A stretch of DNA of 64,000 bases from Malacoraja senta. Lineage: Eukaryota. Below the pieces are notes generated by a model. It was not told the origin of the DNA. It saw only the letters and a program-made list of their open reading frames with translations, and did no database searches. This document shows, in pieces, positions 12,201 to 25,246 of this stretch. Within the stretch, counting starts at the first letter, position 1. Each line of letters opens with the position of its first letter. The DNA is taken from positions 1,614,001-1,678,000 of the forward strand of contig CM075992.1 of NCBI GenBank assembly GCA_038087875.1, in the 5' to 3' direction. Made by a program: the position numbers and the translations under genes.

Positions 12201-13420
12201 GTTTGTTGATTTGTTTTTAATTATTGCATTTTTGGGGATTGAAATCAGCTCATAGCTTTGTTTTTGGGTTAGTTAGGAAGATTGACAATGAAGCTGGTGA
12301 GAAATTTGGCCAATTCCTGAGACAGGTATTAAGTTACAACCACTTGGAAGGAATAATCCAAACAGGCGTGTTTGAAGGAATTCAACTGTAATTTAAGTGT
12401 TGCTTTAATATATTTCAGAAAAGCATTGCATAAGTGTTGATAGTTTCAGGAAGTTTGTGGCAGCTTCAGCTGCAAGAAGCAATATATTTTTGGGTGTGAA
12501 TCTTGGCTGTGTGGAAAACACTCTTGCAGCTGTATCAAGTAGTTGAAGTAGTGGGACTTGAACTGATGTTGGATGGAGTCCTGAGGGAGGCCTGGATGGA
12601 GTGGATGCGGAGAGGATGTTTCCACTAGTGGGAGAGTCTAGGACCAGAGGGCACAGCCACAGAAATAAAGGATGCTCCTTTAGGAACGAGATGAGGAGGA
12701 ATTTCTTTGGTCAGAGGGTGGTGAATCTGTGGAATTCATTGCCACAGGAGGCCAAGTCAATGGATATTTTTACGGCATAGACAGATTCTTGATTAGTACG
12801 GTGTCGGGGGTTATGGGGAGAAGGCAGGAGAATGGGGAAGATAGATCGACCATGAATGAATGACGGAGTAGACTTGATGGGCCGAATGGTCTAATTCTGC
12901 TCCCATCATTATGAATTTATGAACTTAAGAAGTACCGCGTTGCCTATGGTGTCATCTTTTCCAGTGTTCTCTCGGGTAACGTTCAATAACATTCTCTTGA
13001 ACACCAGTAGAGTTTCTCAGTGATATGCCTGTCCTGCCGAGTGTCTTCAGTACTTTGTGTTTTCTTCTTTAGTAAACCAGCATCTGCAGTTCCTTGTGTC
13101 TAGTTCAGTTTAGTTTATTGTCACGTGTCACCGAGGTACAGTGAAAAGCTTTTGTTGCGTGCTAACCAGTCAGCGGAAAGACAACGCATGATTACAATCC
13201 AGCCATTCCCAGTGTACAGATACATGACAAGACAATACAGATCTGCGAGGAGTTGAAGAAGATCATAGTTAAAGTAAGAAATGTTGCTGCAGGAGTAGAG
13301 ATTTAAGAGTGTGGAGCGATTGTAATATGTGACTGTAGATCTGCTGCGGCTAGCATGTAAAAAGTCGCCTGAGTTGGGCGTCATCGTATTATTTGCAATC
13401 TGCTCTCAGAATTTTGCTAA

Positions 13421-13722
13421 TGGGCCTGTCCCACTTGCCGATTTTTTTAGGCAACTGCCGGCGACTGTCATAGTCGTAGCAGGTCGCCGAAAAACCAGCG
13501 ACAACCTACGTCATCCTGGTGACAACCTACGACAGCACCTACGTCAGGAGAAGTCAAGCTACGCTCATTGGCGCCGAACCCACTGTCGGCAAAAATTTTC
13601 AACGTCGAAAATTTTAGCGGCAAACAGAAAGACGGTACCACTTTTTGCGCGGCTGAGGAGACGACTCCCGGCGAACATGTGGCGACAATGCCTAAAAAAA
13701 TCGCCTAAGTGGGACAGGCCCA
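13421..13722. mobile_element. PIF/Harbinger-type MITE
   Basis: TIR TGGGCCTGTCCCACTT/AAGTGGGACAGGCCCA with a 3-bp TAA TSD on both sides. Confidence 0.85.
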
Positions 13723-14175
13723 TAAGGATTTTCCCATGTATGACTTAGAAACCTGTCTGTGGCCATTGCCATTGGCAGTATTTATGGAGGAGGCTTGAAC
13801 AATCCCAACATCCCATTATATTCCCCGGAGCTGCACTCCATTAATGTCAGAGGGTGGTGGGTATGTGGAAGCAGCTGCCAGAGGAAGTAGTTCCTGGTAC
13901 AATAACAACATTTAAAAAACAATTGGATAGGTACATGGAATGGAAAGTTTCGAGGGATATTGACCAATTGCAGGCAAACAGGACTCGCTTAGATGGGCAG
14001 CTTGGATGCATGGATTAGTTGGACCGAAGGGACTTGTTACCATGTTGTTAGTTGGACCGAAGGGACTTGTTACCATGTTGTACGACTCTGACTCTATTCA
14101 AGATATTGTTATTTCTAGGATCTTGCTGCGTGCAAAATAGTGACCACATTTTCTGGGTCTCAACATTGAGACTTA

Positions 14176-14510
14176 GGGGCAGCACGGCACGGTGGCGCAG
14201 CAGTAGAGTTGCTGCCTCACAGCGCCAGGGTCCCAGGTTCCATCCCGACTACGGGTGCTATCTGTATGGAGTTTGTTCATTCTCCCCGTGACCTGAGTGG
14301 GTTTTCTCTGGGTGCTCCGGTTTCCTCCCACACTCTAAAGACGTGCAGGTTTGTAGGTTAATTGGCTTCTGTAAATCGTAAATTGCCCCTGGTGTGTGTA
14401 GGATAGTGCTTGTGTACGGGGTGATCGCTGGTCGCACGGGCTCGGTGGGCTGGAGGTCCTGTTTCCCCGCTGTATCTCTCGGGTCCAAAGTTTTTAAAGT
14501 CTAAAGTCTA
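14176..14510 (+). mobile_element. tRNA-derived V-SINE (HE1-like), near full length
   Basis: A-box-like ggtggcgcagcagtag, B-box-like ggttccatccc, V-domain gagtttg..ttctccccgtg...gggtgctccggtttcctcccaca, CR1-like tail. Confidence 0.8.
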
Positions 14511-17199
14511 ACTTTACAACTCCTCATTGACTGTAGTTTCGCACTATCCTGAGGTGAAGAAATATGCACTAGATTTCTTTGGTTATTTCACAATTCAAGT
14601 GAAATTGCATCTAACCCATTTTTCTGAGAAGGGGATAGTGACTAATGTTAGAATATTCACCTGGAATCTTATGAGAGATCCATGGGATGTCAGCACTTTC
14701 ATATGAAGAAAGACTGGATAGACTTGGCTTATACTCGCTAGAATTTAGGAGATTGAGAGGGGATCTTATAGAAACGTACAAAATTCTTATGGGGTTGGAC
14801 AGGCTAGATGCATGAAGATTGTTCCCGATGTTGGGGAAGTCCAGGACAAGGGGTCACAGCTTAAGGATAAGGGGGAAATCCTTTAAGACCGAGATGAGGA
14901 AAAACTTTTTCACACAGAGAGTGGTGAATCTCTGGAACTCTCTGCCACAGAGGGTAGTTGAGGCCAGTTCATTGGCTATATTTAAGAGGGAGTTAGATGT
15001 GGCCCTTGTGGCTAAGAGGGATCAGGGGGTATGGAGAGAAGGCAGGTACGGGATACTGAGTTGGATGATCAGCCATGATCATATTGAATGGCGGTGCAGG
15101 CTCGAAGGGCCGAATGGCCTACTCCTGCACCTATTTTCTATGTATTTATGTATCTATCTGGCAATAGACACAGTAAGATCCAGGCTAGACAGATACAGAG
15201 GGGGGTGGTTCTGGGACGCCAGAATGCACCGCTGAGCCTACTGGAGAGGTCGTGGGTTCAATCAGCGAAACGTCGATGAAAGTAGGTGCCCACTTGATAA
15301 CCCCAAATGACGTGTCTGCCTAGCCTTTCTCAACATCGGAGGAGCATCGGTGAGTGCAGAAGGCTCCCATCACCATCGGGAGTAAATTGATATTTGGCAC
15401 TTTGGACTTTTAACATCTAGTCCTGTGTATTTGTAAACAGTCCAGATATGTGACAGAACAGTCGTGTGACAACATGGTATTGATCTCTGACACATCATGT
15501 GATGGAAATAAGGCTGCGCTTCAGATTTGGACTTGTGCTGACGAACAGTGTGTTGGAGCTGGTAGTTCAAGGGTTAACCCAGCTACACTATTCTTTGCAG
15601 AATTTACAATTAGATGAAATGATGGCGCAGCTGAGGTTTCGACTGTAAATCAGAGTGCTTTTACAGACTTTCTCTTCACACAACACAGCCTTATATGTCC
15701 CTCTACCCTTGTGCTGCAGCCCGGAGATGAGAAAGAACAAACCCAGAACGGTGTCCTTGCTTCTTGCCAACAGTCGTATAAACACATACTTCAGGAGATT
15801 TCAGGCTTTATATGGATATCAGACATCAGCTGCTAAACCTCTCACTGAAGACGGATCACACCTCGCACAGGAGTTTCTTCGGCGTGAGGCAAATTCAACT
15901 GCTTCCCTTCTGCAGAAATCTCTTTTAGTCCACACATATTGGTAGCCGACACATTTATAATGCCTTGGGTGTGGGCACAGGAGCCGACTGAGGCCACCTC
16001 CGTGGGTGCAAGTTTATTGAAGGACTTGTGCAATGAATTACCGAGCAGACTATGTTCTTATGACATGGAGGGGGTATGCCCTGTGGGATAGAGGGGAACG
16101 CACAGGTCAGTGGTGGCAATGGTGCATGTGTATCTATGAGGGGAGTAAGCAATGTTTAGTGGTGTCGGCCCTACAACTATGTAGGTCAGCGGGTCACATT
16201 CACTGCTATTTACCTCCAAGTGGCGGATCTGTGGAACTCTTTGCCGCAGAAGGCTGTGGAGGCCAAGTCAATTGATATTTTCAAGGCAGAGATAGACAGA
16301 TTCTTGATTAGTGCGGGTGTCAGGGGTTATGGGGAGAAGGCAGGAGAATGGGGTTGGGAGGGAGAGATAGATCAGCCATGATTGAATGGCGGAGTAGACT
16401 TGATGGGCCGAATGGCCTAATTCTGCTTCTATCACTTATGACATAAGTAGGCAGAAGTGAACAGCAGTCTGATGTAGGGAGGTGTCAGTACATTGGGATG
16501 GGACTCTGATTGAACAGCAGCCACCTTCCATTCCGCACAGCTGGAATGGAAGCATATTATTCTCGATCCCCAGTGTCTACATCAGAAGCAGAGCTGTGTG
16601 ACAATCATTTGCAGCAGTAGGTCCATTGTGGGCTATCATGGACTATCTCTGACTCAGCCCCCGCTGTAATGCCCAACGACTCCTTTTTTAGTCTAGGATC
16701 GACCGGTGATGTCAGTAATTCTCTCGGGCTGCTGTCACAGAGTTGGGGGGGAGCTGGCTGGCTGGGCCCTGCAACCCTGCAGTAGCTCCGCTACTTGAAT
16801 TGCTGCCATGTGCCTATTTAAGGAGGAGATTTGGACAATCCCGGCATTCCGTCATGTTCCCCGGAGCTGCACTCCAGAAATCCTGAAGAAATTAACATTT
16901 TAAAAATAACACCATGACCAGGTCAACTGTGATTTATACTGAAGTGAGAGGAGGCTGGGTTTAATTGGTTCGCAGTTTGGTGCCCTGTGACTGAAAAATT
17001 ACAACTTGGACGCTAACGGATCTGTAAAGTTGACACTTGTGATTGAACAAGCCCCATCTAACAACCTGTTGGAGCCACTTGGCTTGGCAAAGTTGCCACT
17101 CCACTTCCTATCTCAGGTCACTCTAATGTCACGACCAGAAATGTCAGCAGAGTGTTTCAATATGTTTTAACACAGTGGGAGATACTTTACCTTTTTACA

Positions 17200-17745
17200 T
17201 AGAAACATAGACAATAGGTGCAGGAGCAGGCCATTCGGCCCTTCGAGCCTGCACCGTCATTCAATATGATCATGGCTGATCATCCAACTCAGTATCCTGC
17301 ACCTGCCTTCTCTCCATACCCCCTGATCCCTTTAGCCACATCTAACTCCCTCTTAAATATAGCCAATGAACTGGCCTCAACTACTTTCTGTGGCAGAGAG
17401 TTCCACAGATTCACCACTCTCTGTGTGAATATTTTTTTTCTCATCTCGGTCCTAAAAGATTTCCCCTTTATCCTTAAACTGTGACCCCTTGTTCTGGACT
17501 TCCCCAACATCGGGAACAATCTTCCTGCATCTAGCCTGTCCAACCCCTTAAGAATTTTGTACGTTTCTATAGGATCCCCCCTCAATCTTCTAAATTCTAG
17601 CGAGTACAAGCCGAGTCTATCCAGTCTTTCTTCATATGGAAGTCCTGACATCCCAGGAATCAGTCTGGTGAACCTTCTCTGTACTCCCTCTATGGCAAGA
17701 ATGTCTTTCCTCAGATTAGGAGACCAAAACTGGTCTCCTAATCTT
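17200..17745 (-). mobile_element. CR1 LINE 3' fragment
   Basis: ORF 17289-17651 reads MSGLPYEERLDRLGLYSLEFRRLRGD...WNSLP. Confidence 0.9.
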
Positions 17746-20269
17746 TAGAGATACAGTGCGGAAGCAGGCCCTTTGGCCAGAGTCCGCGCCGACCAGCGAT
17801 CACCCCGTACACTGGCATTGTCCTATACACACACTAGGGGCAATTTACAATTTTACCAAAGCCAATTAATCTACAAACCTGTGCATCTTTGGAGTGTGGG
17901 AGGAAACCAGAGCACTCGTAAACCTGTGCATCTTTGGAGTGTGGGAGGAAACCAGAGCACTCGTAGAAAACCCACTTGGTCACAAGGAGCACGTACAAAC
18001 TCCGTACATACAGCACCCGTAGTCAGGCAGGAAACCAGATCACTGGCGCAGTAAGGCAGCAACTCTACCGCTGTGCCACTCACTGTGTTGCCCAAGATAG
18101 TTTCTTGATGAGCAAATGGGTAAAAGTTTAAATGTGTCGGAAGGAACTGCAGATGCTGGCTTACACCGAAGATAGACACAGAATGCTGGAGTATCTCAGC
18201 GGGACAGGCAGCCGTTCTGGAGAAAAGGAATAGATGACATTTCAAGTCGGAACCCTTCTTCAGACTGTGAGAGAAGGCCAGAACGAAACACGGGACCACC
18301 GCTTGTGACTCCGCCGAGCCCCGCCTTGCCACCGCCCACCAGCACCACCCGAGTTCCAGACTCAGCTCCCTAAAGGTTAACTTGGGTGCACAAGAATCAG
18401 ATCAGCGGAGTTAGCTTGGGGGACTGAATGGTCCACTTCTGCTACTTCATAGGTCCCATCTCTGCACTCTCGCCTTCCCTACTAAGAATCGTATCACTGA
18501 CTGTGGCATTGCCAGAGCACGGGGAGATGAAAGAGGCCAGATCAATGCGTTAGAGGGAGGGATGATGGTTGGACAAATGTTGCCCATTTTCTCTTTCCAA
18601 GATGCACAATAATGTTCAGTTTGGAGATACGTAGAAACATAGAAACAGACAATAGGTGCAGGAGTAGGCCATTCGGCTTTTCAAGCCAGCAATTGCCATT
18701 CAATATGATCATGGCTGATCATCTAAAATCCTGCTTTCTCCATATCCCTTGTTTCCATTAGCCCTAAAAGCTAAATCTACCTCCCTCTTGAAAACATCTA
18801 GTGAATTGGCCTCCACTGCCTTCTGTGGCAGAGAATTCCACAGATTCACAACTCTCTGGGTGAAAACGTTTTTTGCTCATCTCAGTCCTAATTGGCCTAC
18901 CCCTTATTCTTAAACTGTGACCCCTGGTTCTGGACAGCGTGGAAACAGGCCTTTTGGCCCACCGACCATCAATCTCCCGTACACTAGTTCCATGTTCAAT
19001 GCACCTACACATCCTACACATTTTCAGAAGCCAATTAACCTACAAACCTGCCCGTCCTTGGAATGTGGGAGGAAACTGGAGCACCTGGAGGAAACCCACG
19101 CTGTCACAGGGAGAACCTATGAACTCTGCAGTTAGCACCCGTAGTCAGGATCGAACCCGGGACTCTGGTGCTGTGAGGCAGCAACTCTACCGCTGTGCCG
19201 CCCTAGAATCAGTAGGTCAGAGTGACCTATGGACTGATGGACAACAATAGGCTGGGTGTCCCATAAACCGTGACAGGGTACTTCTGTTACCCTATTTGGT
19301 AAGTGTCTACAAAGATTTTTTTCCCCCCGTAGTATTCCTTCCCACTTGTTTCCTAAAGCGGGAGAAATTGCGCTTCTGTTTATAATTCCTTCCAGCTGCA
19401 AGTGCTTCACTTGTCATTGCTAACCTTCTAGACACAACCTGACAAATCGCCGAAAAGTGTTCGGAGTGGGAGCTTGATAATATCACATGGATGTTGGCAT
19501 GTACGCATCACTGGCCGAGATCAGGTTGCCTACTTCAGACCACTGGGTTTTTTTTGAACAACAAAGAACTTTTATTCACTGAAACACAAATACAGAGTAG
19601 TTACCAAATCAAGACCACCATTGGCAGCTATCAAACAATTATCAGATTGTCCTCAACTTTATCTACACCTCAGAGGGCGGTGGAGGCCGGTTCTCTGGAT
19701 GCTTTCAAGAGAGAGCTAGATAGGGCTCTTAAAGAAAGCAGAGTCAGGGGATATGGGGAGAAGGCAGGAACGGGGTACTGATTGGGGATGATCAGCCTAC
19801 TCCTGCACCTATTGTCTATTGTCTAATACAATCGACCCCTGTGGCGACCAGCGTTCACTGAAGGCCTCCAGAGTCCCCATGGACAGTGCGTGCTCCCTCT
19901 CCAGGCGTAGGCTCGGAAGAGGGGCAGGCAGTCGACCCGGGCAGAAGCCTCGACTGCCCGCTGCCTGGACCCACAAATGGCCATCTTGGCCAGGACCAGG
20001 TGCAAACCGACAGGGAGACACCCCCCCCCCCCCCCGACTGCTTCAGACCGCAGTGTCCACTCCAACCTCCCTCCCCCGCATGTGTGTGGGTCACGGCGCA
20101 CTGTCACGTAATCGTATTCACCCGACACATGGCAGTTACTGTTAAAACTGCCAGAGAAACAAGGCAGCCACCACTTACCCTCAGTAACTGTCACCGATCC
20201 ACCCTGATGTCTCTAAACCAGCAAAAGGAATCGGTAGACCAGGAAGGCGAATGCAATGTTAGCAATTCT

Positions 20270-20828
20270 TTTGAGAAGGCCTAGAATATTAAAAAGAGGT
20301 GATGCAATGCTGAGGCTTTAACGGGCAGTGGTCAGACCACATTTGGAGTAAGGTGAGCAGTTTTGCGCCCCCCACATATGAGGAAGGATGTGCTGACGTT
20401 GGAGAGGGTTCAGAGGAGGTTTACGGGAATGATTGGGTTAACATTTGATGAGCGTTTGACGGCACTGGGCCTGTGGAGTTTACTGCATAGTGAAAGGCCT
20501 GGATAGAGTGGATGTGGAGAGGATGTTTCCGCTGGTGGGAGAGTCTTGGACCATGTTGTCAGAATAAAAGAACGTACCTTTAGAAAGGAGATGGAGGAAT
20601 GTCTTTATTCAGAGGGTGTTGAATCTGTGGAATTCATTGCCACAGACAGTTATGGAAGCTGTCGATAGATATTTGTAAGGCAGATCAAGAATCGACAGAT
20701 TCTTAATTAGTACGGTGTTTGTGAAGGCAGGAGAATGGGGTTTGGAGGGAGAGATAGATCAGCCATGATTGAATGTGGGAGTAGACTTGATGGGCCGAAT
20801 GGCCTATTTCTGCTCCTATCACTTATGA
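20270..20828 (+). mobile_element. Older CR1 LINE 3' fragment (similar copies near 12590, 16225, 26250, 33565, 34410, 55205, 56615, 63680)
   Basis: Degenerate VRPHLE...LERVQRRFT...GLDRVDVERMFPLVGESRTRGH and a CR1 3' hairpin. Confidence 0.8.
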
Positions 20829-21489
20829 AAAGAGTCAACCAGATACCGATTTCAAATTAATTTATTCAATCAGTTCACATGATCTCAGTACAAAAGGCAG
20901 TAAGTTACAGTACTGTGTGACTCATAATCCATAACATTTTATACAATGCCTATGACTCCAGGTTGATTATTAGTTATAAATCCTTTCACATTGGATGCAG
21001 GAACATTGAAGATCTTGCAGTAATCATGGAATCAATAAGATGCAGAAAGCCATTCAGCCCATCTAGTCTCACTGTAGTGCAATCTAATTCATCATATTTT
21101 TTCCATGTTTCCTCATGATATTGGAGACCATTCTGGCCATCAAGCCTGTACCAGCCCTCAGAGTAAACCCATTCTCCCCCCCCCCATTCTCAACAACTCT
21201 CCCCTGCGCAGATTTTACCAAACACCTACACTCTACGATCGATTTACAATGGCCAAGTAACCTGCACGCTTGGCTTGTCGGAGGAAATCGGAGTGCCTGG
21301 AGAAAGCCCACGCAGTCACAGACAGCATTGGATAGCACCGGATGTCAGGACTGAGCCTGGTTAGAATAGTGATAATGATACGATCTACGCCACTGCACTG
21401 CCTGGCACAGTGGCGCGGCGATAGTGTTCCCGCCTTACTGCGACAGAGACTCGGGTTCGATCCTGACGATGGGTGCTGTCTGACAGAGC

Positions 21490-21905
21490 TTTCCCATTTC
21501 ATTCGACCTCACAAAGTGCAACTTGTTTGGATTAAACTCCATCTGCCATTTCTCTGCCCACTTCTACACCTAATCTTAGATCCAGCTCAACAATTTGACA
21601 GCCCTCCTCACTGACTGCAATTCCACCAATTTCGACGCCATCTGCAAATTTACTAACCAACGCATCTACATTTACATACAAGTCGTCTATGCAACTCACA
21701 AAGAGAGATCCCAGCACATATCTCATTGAAACTCCACTGGTCACAGACCTCCAGCCAGAATACCTATCTTCCACCACAACCCTCTGTCTTCTATGAAGAA
21801 GCCAGTTCTAAATCCATATGACCACGACACCATGCATCGTAATCTTCTGGATTAGTCGACCATAAGGGACTTTATCTGGTATCTTCCTCAAATCCATAGA
21901 GACAA
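21490..21905 (-). mobile_element. Degenerate CR1 reverse-transcriptase fragment
   Basis: WRSVTSGV....VLG..LF....DL......VSKFAD motif in ORF 21532-21777. Confidence 0.75.
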
Positions 21906-23194
21906 GACAAAGAAACATGGCCTGTTTGTAGAATCCTCTATCCACACGTTCAATCCACACAGGTATCAACTGGACGGTGAAAGTTCATAAGTGATAGGAG
22001 CAGAATTAGGCCATTCGGCCCATCAAGTCTACTCCACCATTCAATTATGGCTGACCTAACTCTCCCCCTCAACTCCATTCTCCTGCCTTCTCCCCATAAC
22101 CCCTGACACCCTTACAGAAAACTGAAGAAGCTGCACAAAAGGACAAAGTGCTGGAGTAACTGGAGACCCGAAACATTGTCTACCCATGTTCTCTACAGAT
22201 GATGCCTGACCAGCTGAGTTACTCCAGTACCACGTTTCCTTTTGTAGAGAAACACAAAACCAGTCTTTCAGTACGCACACTACAAATACTAACCCTCTGC
22301 CTGTGTTGAATTGGCTCCTACAGCACAAGGCACATGTGGGACAGAATGCAAGAGAAAAGATGATCATATCCCAGCTGCTTGATGGGTGGACGGTTAGTAG
22401 TGAACACAAGGAAACGCCTTGCGTCATTTTAAAAGCCAAGATTTAACAGAGTGGGCTGTTAACTTTGTTGAAGAGGAATTTGCAAGATAATGATCTGCAA
22501 AGCTTTTAATATATGAACCAAGTTCAGTCCAGTGAACATAAGAAAATAACTGAGCCAGGGTGAAAATAGAGAATTGAAGGCATTTGGGCAGGGAGAAACC
22601 TCAGCCAGTGCAGCAGTGGGAAAGACAAGCTCCCCAGGTAATGTCCCTGTCCTTGTCCCTCCTCATTGTCATTTCTACCTGCTGCAGAATTAGCCATTGT
22701 TCTATGCACGATGTTGACAGACAAACCACTGACACTCATCTTTGTGCACACCTGCTCACTACTGCTGCTTGTCTTTGCAGGCAAGACACAGCTCATATCT
22801 GCAGTTGGAAACTACAGCATGTCTTAAGGCTTGTTTATGGCATTTCCTAGACATCCCAAAAGTGCTTTGCTGACAATTAATAACATTCTAGTGGAGTTAT
22901 GTAGCAGCCAATTTGCACAAAGTAACATTGCACAAGTGCAAAGGGACAAAGAACTGCAGATGATGGTCAATACACAAAAGGACACAAAGTCTGAAGAAGG
23001 GTCTTGACCCGAGACATCACCTGCTTGACCCGCTGAGTTACTCCAGCACTCTGTGTCCATTTATGCAAAGGGACAAATCTGTAAAGGTAGCAACAAGATG
23101 GGAGCTGTCAGAAGGACCAAGTGGATCGGACAGCATCTCTGGGGGAAATGGATGGTTGGTGTTTTGGGTCGAGATCCTTCACCTAGGGTTTGCT

Positions 23195-23375
23195 TTGGCA
23201 TTATTCTTCATTCCTGCCATCTACAACACTATCCCACCACCTTCCCCTCCCCACCCTTTTCTGCAGGAACCACTCTCTACGTGACTCCCTGGTCTATTCA
23301 CCCATCTGTCCCCTGGCACTTTCACCTGAAACCACAGGAGATGTAACACCTTCCCCTCACCTCCATCCAGGGAAC
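23195..23375 (+). mobile_element. Degenerate Penelope-like RT-endonuclease linker fragment
   Basis: Frameshifted IIL..HLQ..PTT.FPSPP / F.R.HSLRDSLV motifs next to a terminal-repeat arm. Confidence 0.55.
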
Positions 23376-25187
23376 AAGAAGATTGTGGAGGCCGTCAATG
23401 GGTATTTTTAAGGCGGAGATTGGCAGATTCTTAATTAGTAAGGGCGTCAAGGGTTTATGGGGAGAAGGCAGGAGAATGGGGTTGAGAGGGAAAGATAGAT
23501 CAGTCATGGTTGAATGGTGGAGTAGACTTGATGGGTCGAATGGCCTAATTCTGCTCCTATAATGTGAACATGAACTAGCACCGATGCAGTCTGACCCGCT
23601 GAGTTTCTCCAGCAACTCTCCTTTTTCATTAAGGAATCCAGCATCTGCGATCTCTTATGACAACTTTTTAAATGTACTGAACTGATTTTTAGTGATTAAA
23701 ATGACTATTAGTTGTGTGTAGGAACTGGAGATGCTGGTTTGTACCGTAGACACAAAATGCTGGAGTCTCAGTGGGACAGGCAGCATCTCTTTAGAGAAAG
23801 GAGTATGGAGAAGGGTGTTGACCTGAAACGTCACATATTCCTTCTCTCCAGAGATGCTGCCTGACCCGCTGAGTAACTCCAGCACTTTGTCTATCTTTAC
23901 TATTACTTGTGTGGTGGCAAAGCTCCCTGTGTGAAGGCACAGCTGACAATAGACATTATTCTGCAGCGTATCTCAGTGTTTAGTTTAGAGATACAGCGTG
24001 GACAGGCCCTTCGAGTCCGCACTGACCTACGATCCCCGCATATTAACACTATCGTACATGCTCTAGGAACAATTTGCACATACACCCAGACAATTAACCT
24101 ACATACCTGTACGTCTTTGGGAGTGTGGGAAGAAGCGGAGAAAATCCAGGCAGACAATCTATGTACAAACTCCCTACAGACAGTAGTCGGGATCGAACCC
24201 GCAAGCGGTGGAAGGCAGCAACTCTACCGCTACGCCACCGTGCCGCACTTTGCGTGCAAACCTCTCTCTGGGAGAGGATGTGGGCAAACAAGGCAACGTT
24301 GGAGGAAAGATTCCTGGTGGGCTGGAGGTGACGAGGCACAAATGAGGGATTTAGTGAGAAAGGGCAGGGAGTGATGAGACCTCTCCACAGGAGAACATCT
24401 GAAACTATCAGCATTGAGACTGGGAAGAATCTAGTCATGTGCAGGAAAGTGCAGATGCTGGTTTAAACCGTAGACATAAAAAGCTGGAGTAACTCAGTGT
24501 GTCAGGCAGCATCTTGGAGAACAGGAATAGGTGACGTTTCGGGTCGAGATTGAAGAACGGTCTCGACCCAAAATGTCACCTATTCCTTTTCTCCGGTGAT
24601 GCTGCCTGACCCGCTGAGTTACTCCAGCTTATTGTGTCTTTCTAAGAATCTAGTTATCCAGCGGCTGGTTGGTTTGTGTATGGGAGGGAGAGGTGGATGC
24701 GTATCGGGTGGGGACACAATGGCTATGATCCTCCCAGCAGTGTGTTGGGAGAAAGTCAGATCTCAATGTAGACAGTACAGTGGGCAAGCAATGGAGATAC
24801 AGAGATGTAGGGATATGGCACTGGTACGGCCAGAATTACTTGGGAAACTGACCTACACGTCTCCAGGTATCATCGTGGAGACTATCCTCACAGGGATGAG
24901 ATTGCTGAGGAAGTGCCCAGCCCATGAAAGTCACGCAAGATCCACACAAGATGAGTATGGGAACGAGTGAATGGCAGAATCCAGGCAATTAGAGAAGAAT
25001 TGAAACCTCCGTGGATGTTGGTGTTGAGGATTAAAAAATTTTTTTTAAAAGAGGATGGGAGAAGTGCTGTGGAGGAGTGTGAGATTTTTCAAAGCTGTGG
25101 CAGATGGAGTTCAGTGTGGGGACATGAGGGGAGAAAGGTGACATGTCCTCTGCTCAGTTGCTGTGCCCAGAACTGAATACAGCCACT

Positions 25188-25192
<5 letters not shown>

Positions 25193-25243
<51 letters not shown>
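25193..25243. repeat. (CA)n microsatellite
   Basis: Direct reading. Confidence 0.95.

Positions 25244-25246
<3 letters not shown>

Noticed and set aside
14176..14260. tRNA-like sequence with A/B boxes
   Set aside because: It is the head of a V-SINE and continues into the V-domain and CR1-like tail; no full cloverleaf seen.
16813..16823. CArG-like CCTATTTAAGG upstream of CNN1
   Set aside because: Seven A/T between CC and GG instead of six, so not a canonical SRF site.
20830..21000. Minus-strand AATAAA (20866-20861) as a distant TLCD4-like 3' end
   Set aside because: It is 6.4 kb from the stop across many repeats, and a hexamer alone is insufficient.
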